This document shows, piece by piece, positions 1-11,670 of a stretch of DNA of 64,000 nt. The notes under the pieces are model-generated. The model worked only from the letters and a program-made list of their open reading frames with translations, searched no databases and was not told the origin of the DNA. The DNA is from Isurus oxyrinchus. Lineage: Eukaryota. The stretch lies in NCBI GenBank assembly GCA_026770705.1, contig JANJGN010000056.1, forward strand, positions 1,674,001 to 1,738,000. Reading direction: 5' to 3'. The first letter of the stretch is position 1, and each line of letters starts with the position of its first letter. Made by a program: the position numbers and the translations under genes.

Positions 1-844
1 ATGCCACCGGCTACCATCATCCAGACTAAATGAAAACGATAATAAATAGTTTCTGTTTTCTGTGCATTACCACAATTGATGCAATTGGAAAGCGACTCCT
101 CCCCCTCCCACAATCCGCGCCTCTGTCCTTTTTAATGAGCGTAAATGTTCTTAAGCAGCCTTATCTGCGATTAGTTGTCAATTAATATCTCAAAATCCAC
201 TTTGCCATGTATTAATTCATTAATTTTCTCTGTTGTGATATCAAAATGCTAGTAGGTTATACAAGCATATTCTTATTTTATGTCATGGTGTTACAAACCA
301 ATGACCATTCTTAATTAAACTCAACCGTCTCCAATTGCTGGCTAGACTCTTGGCAGTCAGGGCAGGTTAAATTATTCGTTTAATGCGGCAGTTGAACAGG
401 CAGAGCAGTGATTTAGAGAGAGTGGGGAGCTGATCACGAACAGGTGACATTTTTTTAAAAGAGAAGTAGATGAGTTGCCAGGGCAGAAAGGTAAAAGAGC
501 GGTAGCTGAGCTGCCAGAGGAGAGTTTTAAAAAGAGCGACAGCGAGGTATTCAAAGCAAGGATTAGAAAGTGACTGCCCCACCCCCCCAAAACAGATTTA
601 AAAATAATTGGAGCTAGATAATCAAAACACAGATACGAAAGTAAAAGACACTCTTCTCCCAAAGCAGAAGTTAATAAAAGTAAGGAAGCTAAAAAGGTAG
701 AACATAGTTTTATAAGAAGCAGGATGCATTGTCTAGGACATTGATTTTACTATAGTAGAAGAGAGCTGTCAGACTGGAGAAACAGGAAGCGCAGTAGCTG
801 TGCAGCCACGGAGACAATGATAATTTATTATTATTGATTAAGGG

Positions 845-1780
845 GGTTTTGGCGTCAATCACTCGCACAGCATTTATTGCCCAGACGTAGGTACCCTTGA
901 GAATATGGTGGTGAGCTCCCTTCTTGAATCGCAGCCATAGTGCTCTTAGGGAGGGAGTTCCTGGAATTTGACCCAATTACAATGATGGAACAGGGATATC
1001 TTCTCAAACAGACTGGTGAGTAGCTTGGAGGGGAACATCCAAATCGTTGAGCACCCATGAATCTACTGCCCATTATTCTTCTAGATGCTCCGGTCGTGGG
1101 TTTGGACTGTAATGTCAAAGGTGACTTCGGAAATTCAGGCAGTGGCACCTTTCAGATAGTACACACTGCTGCTATTTTTCGTCGGTTGTGGAGGGAGTCA
1201 TCGTTTATTGATGTGGTGTCAATCTACGACTGATTTGTCCCAGATGCTGTCGTGCTTCTTGGCTGTTTTGGAGTTGCACACACCCAAGCAAGTGGGGAGT
1301 ATATCATCACAGTACTATCGTCTGGCTTGTAGATGGTGGAATGGAATTGGGGAGTCGCCGCAGGATTCCATGCCTCTGAACTGCAATTGTGGACGTTCTG
1401 TTTATATGGCCAATCCAGTTCTGTTTCTGGTCAATGATAAGCATTACAATGCTGATAGTGCGACTTTCAGCGATGGTAATGCCATTGGCTGTCGATGGTT
1501 TGATTTTCTCTTTGGAGATATTCATTGCCTGGTACTTGTATGGTGTCAATGTCCTTTGCCACTCCTCAGCCAAAGTCTGAACATGCTGCATTTGGCCATG
1601 GACAACCTCATGATTTCAGGAGTCACGAATTGTGTTGAGCATTGTGTAATCATCAGCGAACATCCCCAATTCCGACCTTAAGATGGAGAGAAGGTCATTG
1701 ATGATGGAGCTAAACATCGTTGAGCCTTGGACATTACCCTGAGGAACTGATGTTCTCTCAGGAACTAAAAGGACTAGGAG
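845..1780 (-). mobile_element. Decayed non-LTR LINE (CR1/L2 group) RT and 3' end
   Basis: VPQG..., INDL, MFADD fragments. Paralogous to 26890-27880 and 52215-53180. Confidence 0.7.
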
Positions 1781-3341
1781 CTGAGCAATCGATATGTACA
1801 TTTAGAAAGTGTACATGGCGAAAAGCCAGAGCTAACATTTAGAAAAGAGTGGTAGCTGAGCCGGCGGTGTGAGCATTTAGTAATTCAGGCCCTAAGCAGC
1901 CAGTGTGAAGATATCAGAAACACTGTAGCTGCTGGAAAAGACGGATCACGTATGCTTTTCTGTAAGAACAGTTAAAGATTGACAATAATTGTTTTTCTTG
2001 CCAACTATGCCCCTCATGCCATGACCGAACTTGTCGTGTTTTTAATGTTCATTTGTTCAAGGAAAGCGGTTCTAGTTTTCTATTTAATGCAACGTTAATT
2101 GGCAGTTGTTCTGGACAATCATTTTCCCGGGTGATTAGGGTGGTTAATCAGGAATCGTCAAGACAATTTTGGATTAATATCTGAGAAAAGCGAATCACCC
2201 ACATAACAGGGAGAAGCCGACGGAGTGACTGCCGGCTGCATCTTCCTTAAGTGAGACAATAAGGAAAGGAGGGGCCAAATGCTCTGCTTCTGTGCTGTAG
2301 ACCTTCTATGGTTGCATTCTACGAACGGCTTTTAAGTTAAGTAAATGATAAGAATATGCGACGAGAAGAATTACATTACAATTTTTCGCATTCAATATGC
2401 GTAGGTATACAGGAAAGGAAATTAATGGTAGGGCCATGTGTGATCAGACGTTTCTTGGCTGGGAATTTGTGCAGATACCTGGCTGAAGCATCACTCGCTA
2501 CATTGATGAGTGGATTTCAAGTCATACATATGAAAATATTCGAGAATTATGATAACAGCCATTTGGTGGCTGTGCGTATGTGAAAGGACCGGATAACATG
2601 AAACAGAGAGTGTCGTGAATGAGCATGTGGAGAGGAAGTAGCCTCATTAATCGTGAAAAAACAAGTATGAGCCATTTGCGTATTCAAATGAATCGGAGGG
2701 AAATCGGATTTAAATGTACAGAATCCAATATATGGAGTCGACTCGCAGTCCGATAAATCATGGTAATGAGTGATCAGATGCGCCACTGCCCCTCCTTTCA
2801 CAAAACACGTGATGACCAGGCCTTCCTTGTTTTAATCATGTGCGGAAAATGGAAATCTGAGAAGCAGCTCATTGCGCAACTGTTCGATATTTGAAAGGTG
2901 CCAGACTTCGTGAAACATGTTCTGAAAAATCCCCCTATGTACTAATTGCCCCAGAATAGACGTCGTAGGAAATTTGCCAAGTTTGTCTATGTTACATTTG
3001 TCGAGTTGTCATGATCCAGCTGGTGATGTTTGGGTCTTCTCTTGCTGATCAGAACAACTGTTCCAATGAACACAAGGCTGTCAAAACCTGGCATCACAAT
3101 TCATTTTTTCAAACTCTGCAACGCTAACAGGAGCTGTTCAGTATTATTATTATTCTTATTTATTATTATTATCACAACTTACAATTCACCACTGATTACT
3201 GTATACTGTGAATAATAGTTCACTATATTATAACAGAGCATGTTAAGTAGGAAACCTTTTTTAGTAGGATATTAAACGTTGTTACAAGCGTTATTCTAAC
3301 ATGAGTTATGAGGGCATAATGTTTATGTCCGCCTGTACAGG

Positions 3342-3838
3342 TCAATGGGTTATCCACTGTAATTTGCATTGTTTTGCGCTCAGTTTCACAAGGTACTGCA
3401 TTCCACTCTTCAGCTCCTCCCTAAACCTAGCCTGCGTCAGCGCATAAATGAATGCATTTGTGCAGCAACTGAGGTCCCCTAGCATGAATCCAACTGGCCT
3501 AAGCTCATTTGCCTCAGAATTTGACGTGATTGTTACATGCAGAGAGATAATATATATAACAGGTGTTGTCCAGAGCAATATATAGCTGCCGGTAATACTG
3601 AAGAGTAAAATAATGGACTTTCTTCGGCTTTTTATTTCAGAGTCCTTGTGATGTTCTCCATTACTGCAACTATGGAGACCCCTGCGAACTTTACTGGCTG
3701 CCAAAATACGCCTAGCTGTCAAAACATTTAGCAACAAGATTAGAATGAATGGAACACATGGGGTCAAGGTAAGGGTAATAAATTCAAGTGCGGCCCACTC
3801 AGCAGAAATGAAAAATGTATGTTTTAGGACACAATCGC
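3342..3838 (-). pseudogene. Truncated GPR139-like GPCR copy C (ECL2-TM5-TM7-C-tail only)
   Basis: Minus frame DCVLKHTFFISAEWAALEFITLTLTPCVPF...SCCTNAFIY...FREELK is paralogous to A/B. Homology stops near 3838, where intron-derived sequence abuts; an in-frame stop lies at 3846-3848. Confidence 0.85.
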
Positions 3839-6737
3839 TTGTGTCTCAATGACAACATCTGTGATTTGAAGTTGAAGCTTAAAATTGATTTTTTTTCTGG
3901 GTATCAAGTGCATAAAATTGCGAGAAAAGGTTGTCCATGTTGGGCAAAAAGATTTGAGTCTGTAGACTAATCTGTGTTCAGAAAAGTAAAATTACGAATT
4001 GCTAATTACCTGACGATAAAGATCTAACTCCTAATACACCGATGTTTAAATTAATATCCTCTACAGCTTAATTCACTACAAATTGGCCAGACTCGTAAAA
4101 CCCATGACTCTTAGCATTATTTGCTGGGAGCGATTGATTTCCAGGTTTTTGATCCAGTGACAGTAAATGAACGTTGATGTATCTGCAAGTCAGCTTGATG
4201 CGTGACTCAGAAAGGATTTTGTAATTAAGAGTGTTCCCATCACTCTTCTGCTGTTTCCCTTCCACGATTTTGAGGTCAAATGCACAAACGAAGGAACGTT
4301 GCTGACACCTGCCCCATGTCCAATACAGCAGCAAGCAAAGCTAACAACACGGCTTAACCTGGTGAATTTCAAGCCCGGGGCTACTTGCAAGCAAAAAAGC
4401 GTATTCAGCATGAGAAAGACAGGGCTCATTGGTCCCCCTACCAAATAACGATAGCTCAGCTCTGAAGTCCTGTCACAATCACCTTTAATGGTGGTGTAAA
4501 ATTCTGCACCTCACTTACTCTCCAGCAATATCCCCATCAGCAATGACTGTGGAGCGCAGCACACCAGTGCATATACATGGCAGAAGAATTTGCAGCCACA
4601 TTCACCCTGAAGTGACGGGTAGATGAACCATCCGGCCTCCACCTATGGATGACAAGCATCACAGATGCCAGTCTTCATACAATGTGATTCTCAGCACTCG
4701 GATTTCAGGAATGACTGAAGGAACTGGATGATGAAGAGGTTATGGGTCCATTTAGATAATGCCAATAGTACGGGAGATCACTGCTCCTGAATCAGCCTTC
4801 CTATCGATGCTGGTATGGTGCATCTAAACCTTTGGCAACTATGCGAAACTTTGAGAATTTTCACAGGTATGCCTATCCACAAATAATCACGACAAATCCA
4901 ACCAATCTAAGTACAGCCCCATCAGCCTACATTTAATCAAGATCAATGTGATGAAAAGTATCATAGAAAATGCTTTCAATCGCCAAATACTCGGCAGAAA
5001 ACTGTTCACTGACCCTCACTTTTTGCTTCGTGCGAGCTGAACTCCTGGTTCGGACTGCCTCCAAACATGGACACAGGTGCCGTACTTATAAGATGAGGGG
5101 AGAGTGGATGTGAACTATATCAATGCATCAGTTATCACAATGTGGTATCAAGGAGGGGTATAAGAATTGTGGTCAATAAGAATAAGGGGAAACTTCCCTA
5201 CTGAGTGAACTCATACAAAGCAAAAATAATTTATTTTTTCATTTTTATTTTCTTTTGCAGGTGCATCATCTCAGCACCATGACATAACTGGACGACAGAC
5301 TGAGGGCAGTGTCCTGAGCCCACCCATCTTTAGCTTCTGAATCAATTATGCTCTCTCCATTTGAAACACAGTAGGACGCTGGTGTGGTGGGGGGGGGGGG
5401 GTGTGGGAAAGTGGGGGGAGGTTATATCCGCTGAGAATTGTTAAACGTTCCACACCATTCAGACTCAACAGATGCTGATGAAATCTCTGCCCATGTGCAT
5501 CAAGTCCTGGGCAACAGCCAGACCTGTGCTGAAGAATGATCAGTAATATTCGCCCCGCAAAATTGACAAGAAATGTCCATCTGCACCAAATGAACATCCA
5601 ACAAATTAGCCTTGACATTTACTGGCATTACCATCGCTTAAGCCCCCGTTTTCAACATCCTTGGACAAACCATTGACTGGAATCTGTGACTCGAAGGGCA
5701 GGTCAGAATCTGAAAATGTTGTGGTGAGCAACACACCCCCTGACTCTCCAAAACCTTACCTCCATCTAAAATGCACAAATCAGGAATGTGATGAGATACG
5801 CTACAACTGTCTAGATGATGTATGCTCCAGTAGAATTCAAGGATATTGACTTTACCCAGGACAAAGCTGATTGCTTGATTTGCAATCATTCCATAAATTT
5901 AATGATTCAAGCTGTTTACCCTTAACTGAATAATTCATCTTCCTGCTTTGAAAGTTCATACGAATCATGAGCAAACATCTGAGTGAAATTATCTTATCCA
6001 AAACGTAATATATCCACCGAATTCGTCGGTATGCTCAATTCTATTACTGCTTTCCTAAATACCATTTTGCAACACTTCCAGCGTGCACCATTTTTCATAT
6101 CCTTCAGTACACGTGGCACTTAAGTGACATCTCATGACATCACGCAACACATGGGCAATGAATGTCCCCTTCTGCTGACCAGCTCCCGTTCACCTCAGCA
6201 GATGAATCAATGATCATCAATGGCCGAAGTTTTAGGGAGAGAGAAGAAAAAAATGCTTTCCATCGGAGACCTTGAAGTCTGTGAGCAAGAGCGGATCAAT
6301 AGCATCAATAATGTCCGAGCTGGCAGAGTCATAAAGATAAATGCTAGATTAGGTCTTTGGGAGGTGGTCAGGGAACCAATCAGGTGCAAACCTCTAAGTG
6401 AATTCGCTCCACAAACTAACCACCACAGGTGCAGCTGTCCATTTAAGAATTGATAGGATAGACCACTGCACGTCCTTGTACAGATGAATTCCGCCTTCAC
6501 ATTGGGGCTTCTCTCCATCGTATTGTGTGAGACAACCATTGTCCTAAATGGGGTAGGTTTCACCTTGATTAACAAATCAAAAGTGGGCATTCACGAGGCA
6601 TTGTGGACCATTAGCTGCAGCTGATTGGTGCAGAACCATAATTTGTAACCCCAAGACCAGTCTATCCCCAAATCTGCAATTTTCATATGGACTGTTTATG
6701 GTGATGTTTCTGATGCCAGTCAAGCATTCTACTTCAA

Positions 6738-8933
6738 TATAAAAACAGAAAAACTGCGGATGCTGGGAATCCAAAACAAAAACAAAAACAGAATTACCTG
6801 GAAAAACTCAGCAGGTCTGGCAGCATCGGCGGAGAAGAAAAGAGTTGACTTTTAGAGTCCTTATGACCCTTTGACAGAACTTGAGTTCGAGTCCAAGAAA
6901 GAGTTGAAATATAAGCTGGTTTAAGGTGTGTGTGTGGGGGGCGGAGAGAGAGAGAGAGAGAGAGGTGGAGTGGGAGTGTGGTTGTATGGACAAACAAGCA
7001 GTGATAGAAGCAGATCATCAAAAGATGTCAACAACAATAGTACAAAAGAACACATAGGTGTTAAAGTTAAAGATGGTGATATTATGTAAACGAATGTGCT
7101 AATTAAGAATGGATGGTAGGGCACTCAAGGTATAGCTCTAGTTGGGGTGGGGAGAGCATAAAAGATGTAAAAAAATATATATTCTTTTCATAATGGAAAC
7201 AGCTGGGAAAAGGAAAATCTATATAATTTATTGGAAAAAAAAAGAAAAGGAAAGGGGAAACAGAAAGGGGGTGGGGATGGGGGAGGGAGCTCACGACCTA
7301 AAGTTGTTGAATTCAATATTCAGTCCGGATGGTAGTAAAGTGCCTAGTCAGAAGATGAGGTGTTTTTCCTCCAGTTTGTGTTGGGCTTCACTGGAACAAT
7401 GCAGCAAGCCAAGGAGAGACATGTGGGCAAGAGAGCAGGGAGGAGTGTTAAAATGGCAAGCGACAGGGAGGTTTGGGTCATTCTTGTGGAAAGACCGCAA
7501 GTGTTCTGCAAAGCTGTCGCCCAGTTTACGTTTGGTCTCTCCAATGTAGAGGAGACCACATTGGGAGCAACGGATGCAGTAGACTAAGTTGGGGGAAATG
7601 CAAGTGAAATGCTGCTTCACTTGAAAGGAGGGTTTGGGACCTTGGACAGTGAGAAGAGAGGAAGTGAAGGGGCAGGTGTTGCATCTTCTGCGTGGGCAAG
7701 TGGTGGTGCCATAGGAGGGGGTTGAGGAGTAGGGGGTGATGGAGGAGTGGAACAGGGTGTCCCGGAGGGAGCGATCCCTACGGAATGCCGAAAGGGGGGT
7801 GAAGGGAAGATGTGTTTGGCGGTGTCATCATGCTGGAGTTGGCAGAAATGGCGGAGGATGATCCTTTGAATGCGGAGGCTGGTGGGTTGATAAGTGAGGA
7901 CAAGGGGGACCCTATCATGTTTCTGGGAGGGAGGAGAAGGCGTGAGTGCAGATGTGCGGGAGATGGGCTGGACACGGTTGAGGGCCCTGTCAACGACCGT
8001 GGGTGGAAAACCTCGGTTAAGGAAGAAGGAGGACATGTCAGATGAACTGTTTTTGAAGGTAGCATCATCGGAACAGATGCGACGGAGGCGAAGGAACTGG
8101 GAGAATGGGATGGAGTCCTTACAGGAAGCTGGGTGTGAGGAGCTGTAGTCGAGATAGCTGTGGGGTCGGTGGGTTTGTAATGGATATTGGTGGACAGTCT
8201 ATCACCAGAGATTGAGACAGAGAGCTCAAGGAAGGGAAGGGAAGTGAAAGAGATGGACGACGTGAAAATGATGGAGGGGTGGAGATTGGAAGCAAAATTA
8301 ATAAATTTTTCCAAGTCCCGACGAGAACATGAAGCGGCACCGAAGTAATCATCGATGTACCGGAAAAAGAGTTGTGGAAGGGGGCCGGAGTAGGACTGGA
8401 ACAAGGAATGTTCCACATACCCCATAAAGAGACAGGCATAGCTGGGGCCCATGCGGGTACCCATAGCCACACCTTTTATTTGCAGGAAGTGGGAGGAGTT
8501 GAAGGAGAAATTGTTCAGCGTGAGAACAAGTTCAGCCAGACGGAGGAGAGTAATGGTGGATGGGGATTGTTCGGGCCTCTGTTCGAGGAAGAAGCTAAGA
8601 GCCCTCAGACCATTCTGGTGGGGGATGGAGGTGTAGAGGGATTGGATGTCCATGGTGAAGAGGAAGCGGTTGGAGCCAGGGAACTGGAAATTGTTGATGT
8701 CACGTAAGGTGTCAGAGGAATCACGGATATAGGTGGGAAGGGACTGGACAAGGTGAGAGAGAAGGGAGTCATGATAACGAGATATGAGTTCTGTGGGGCA
8801 GGAGCAAGCTGAGACGATCGGTCTACCTGGGCAGTTCTGTTTGTGGATTTAGGGTAGGAGATTGAAGCGGGCCATCCGAGGTTGTGCGACTATCAGGTTG
8901 GAAGCTGTGGGAGGGAGATCCCCAGAGGAGATT
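6738..8933 (-). mobile_element. 5'-truncated Penelope-like retroelement (RT + GIY-YIG endonuclease), frameshifted
   Basis: RT motifs MDIQSLYTSIP, GVAMGTRMGPSYACLFMG and FRYIDD (7778-8653). GIY-YIG NLVYCIRCSQCGLLYIGETKR..HL (7348-7620). The 3' pLTR/UTR carries a microsatellite and the GATGCTGCCAGACCTGCTGAG motif. Confidence 0.92.
6841..6883 (-). ncRNA. Degenerate minimal hammerhead ribozyme motif in the Penelope pLTR
   Basis: Minus strand reads aguu-CUGUCAA-a-GGGUC-auaag-GACUC-UAAAA-GUC-aacu. Stems I and II are present, but the catalytic boxes deviate from CUGANGA/GAAA. Confidence 0.45.
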
Positions 8934-9779
8934 CATCTGGCACCCAAACCACCAGCAATAAAAACGACCCTCTGCAAAATCGGGACACATAGCTGCTCGT
9001 CTCTACGATCAACAGGATGCAATACACTGGTGGCTAAAAGCTTGATAGAACATTCCAAACGAGCAATCTTCACGACGGATAAGAACCAGTACGGCATGTA
9101 CATTGGGAGAACATATGAAATATGAGCTGGAGAAAGGCATTGGCCTTTCGAGTCTCCTCCACCAATCAAGTGATCTTCTATCTCAAATCGATCTTCCCGT
9201 ACTGTGACCATATTCCTAAATTCACTAAATACTCGAAAACACATCCATCTGCGAACGTATTAAATAAATTCAACGTGTTTGTATAATACATGTCTCGCCG
9301 TTCAATCAACTACAAATGAAATTCTGCCTCTCGCTTCCGAAATTTCCAGGGACGGCACCATCACCAGTGAAAAAGAAGACACCGTGAAATATTGAGATTT
9401 GAAGACATGGTGCGGATCTTCCAGGTCAGATGAGTTTCATCATTCCCGATATGTGTTTATCACTTTCGAATTCGAAACCTGCTGTAATGGATGCTCATTT
9501 GCCATTATTTTTTAGAACGGATTAAATAGAAACAATATTCAATGATGGTGTCTCACTATTAGCACAATGGCTTAGCAATATGTGCCTGCAAAATTCAATG
9601 AAGGACAATGTGTTTTTCAGTCATCTTCATTAATCGATATGTTGTCAAAATACTATGTATATATTTATAGGAAACTACTTATTCAGAAGTTTTTCCCTCT
9701 CTCTGGACAAGAGCCACACAGGCTCACAGTTCAAAGTCACATCAGTTGTTTTATTGCAATTCATAGATTTCTCATGACA

Positions 9780-10470
9780 CACGATGTTAATATGCAGGTA
9801 CAGCAAGGCAAATAGAATTCTGCACTTTGTTAATTGCAAAGAAAATTGATTATTGAAGTAGTGATGTCTTACTGCAGTTGTGTAGAACGTTGCCGATATC
9901 ACATCTAAGGTACTGTGCACAGTTTTGGTCTCCAAATTTAAGAAAGGATATCAACTAATTAGAATCAGTTGATATAACATTCAGTCTGCAGATGCTTGTG
10001 ATGCTGGGTTGGTGGAGGGTTTTGGTGGTTTGGGTGTTAACTTACTCAGAAACTTTGTCAACATTTGTTGATTGGAGTCTGGAAAATGAGAGGTGCTTTG
10101 AAATAGGTTAGATCCTGAGGCATCGTCCGTATTTGATGCAAAGAGAAAGTTTCCCTTGTCGTGGAGTTTGGAGCAAAGGGAGAACAGTTTTCAAGTTGTG
10201 GGTCTCCCGCTGAAAGGGAGGTGGAAGCGATTTTTTTAAGTCATTGTGTTCAAGGGCTTTGGAACTCTCTTCCCGCAAGTGCTGTGTAGGGAGGCTGATT
10301 GGATATCTATTCAGGCAGAGACAGATATTCTCTTGCGTCCCAAGGGTATCAAATGTTATTGGAGGTGGAGGGAATGTGGAATTGCGTCCACAATCATATG
10401 AACCATAATGTTATTGAATGGCGGGGCTGGCTCGAAGAGCCGGTTTCTCTACTTCGACTCTAAATTCGTA
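9780..10470 (+). mobile_element. Decayed CR1 3' portion (paralog 36650-37270)
   Basis: AQFWSP.LRKDI..LE and LWNSLP motifs plus a CR1-like 3' UTR. Confidence 0.7.
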
Positions 10471-11137
10471 TTTATATGCTTCCATTACCCTGTGCAGCTT
10501 AATCTCCTTTTGAAAGAGGAAATCACTTGCTCTTTCAATCCACCATTACTTCAGTTTCCCCTCGTCCCTAAACCATGTCCTCCTGTTCCAACAGTGCATC
10601 TGCCTCAATGTCTTGAAAGCAGTGTTCATTGCCTTCCCCTAGCTTCGATCTCTCACAGACTCGACCTCCAGCTTCCACATCGAACTCCTTCCAGAAACTG
10701 AAGCTCCCAGCCGTGGCTCTCAGGCTGTTCCCGTTTTCTAAAGCCCACTGTTGATCCTTGTGACGCATAGGAAGAAACGACCTGCACCTCCGACTGCCTT
10801 GTTGCAAACAAATACTGAGTGTACAGCTAAGTCTCATTTTCATCCATATATTCGCTTTCACTTGAATGCGTTTATTGAACACAGCTCCCTCACTTAGAAC
10901 TTTCTGTGGATTGTGCGCAAAGATTGTTCACTTTATGTTTGTGATTGTCCGAGCAGTTTTTGATAATGGGATTTAGATACATTTTTGTGACTGAATGTGT
11001 TGCCCAGGCCAATTATCAGTTTATATGTTAAATGCCGCAAAGAACGGAGGGTTTTAGGACATTTCAAGGCAAACTGTTCCCTTGGCTCCACGTCTGGTGA
11101 AACACTTCTGTTTCTTCCTCTTTATTCTCTCTTCCAG

Positions 11138-11430
11138 GTAACTTGGTGACGTTTTTGTTCCTGTCGCGAGGAAACTATTGCATCTCTAATGTATCATTTG
11201 CTACCTGGAGCGAATGTCAGGGTCCGAATTCTAGGCCGTTATCTCTGATCCCATATTAAAGAGGATTTGTCAGCAGAGATTTCCAGTTCTATGCGAGCAC
11301 AATACTCGCATGTGGAAATTCATTTCGTTACTGTTCTTTTTTTCAAATTATCACAAAAAACTCTTTCTGCCTCACAGTTGAAATTACCCACTATCCTTCT
11401 GTGGCTATTTGTTGCATGAAGCAAATGTCT
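11138..11430 (+). pseudogene. Old degenerate GPR139-like exon 2 fragment (TM1-TM3/ICL2)
   Basis: Acceptor tctcttccag, then GNLVTFLFLSRGNYCIS-(frameshift)-CIICYLERMSGSEF*AVISDPILKRI. Later SFCLTVEITHYPSVAICCMKQ matches SVWLTVAFTFDRFVAICCQ. Not in the ORF track. Confidence 0.72.
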
Positions 11431-11484
11431 TACACCCCATCATGTTCATAGCTACAGAAGTATATTCTTATCTAATAATATTGC

Positions 11485-11670
11485 TTTTTATCTATCTATA
11501 TATCTATCAATGTATGTATCTATCTTGCTCTTTCACACACTCACTCTCTTTCTAGCACACACTGTCTTGTTCTCTCTCTCTCGCATGTTATCTCTCTCTT
11601 CCTATCACTCTTTCCACATGTCAATCTCTGTGCACTTATCTCTCTGTCTATCTGGCTATCAGTTTGTCTA
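11485..11670. repeat. Low-complexity (TCTA)/(CT)/(CA) microsatellite tract
   Basis: Degenerate tatc/ctct/caca repeats. Confidence 0.7.

Larger units (their letters stand above)
1..6737 (-). repeat. Inverted, internally deleted third copy (C) of the GPCR unit
   Basis: The reverse complement of 1-3838 matches B ~50130-53920. The reverse complement of ~4050-6737 matches the intron (A ~17150-20100). Confidence 0.85.

Noticed and set aside
7142-8707. Plus-strand ORFs over the Penelope element
   Set aside because: Antisense shadows of the RT/GIY-YIG coding sequence.
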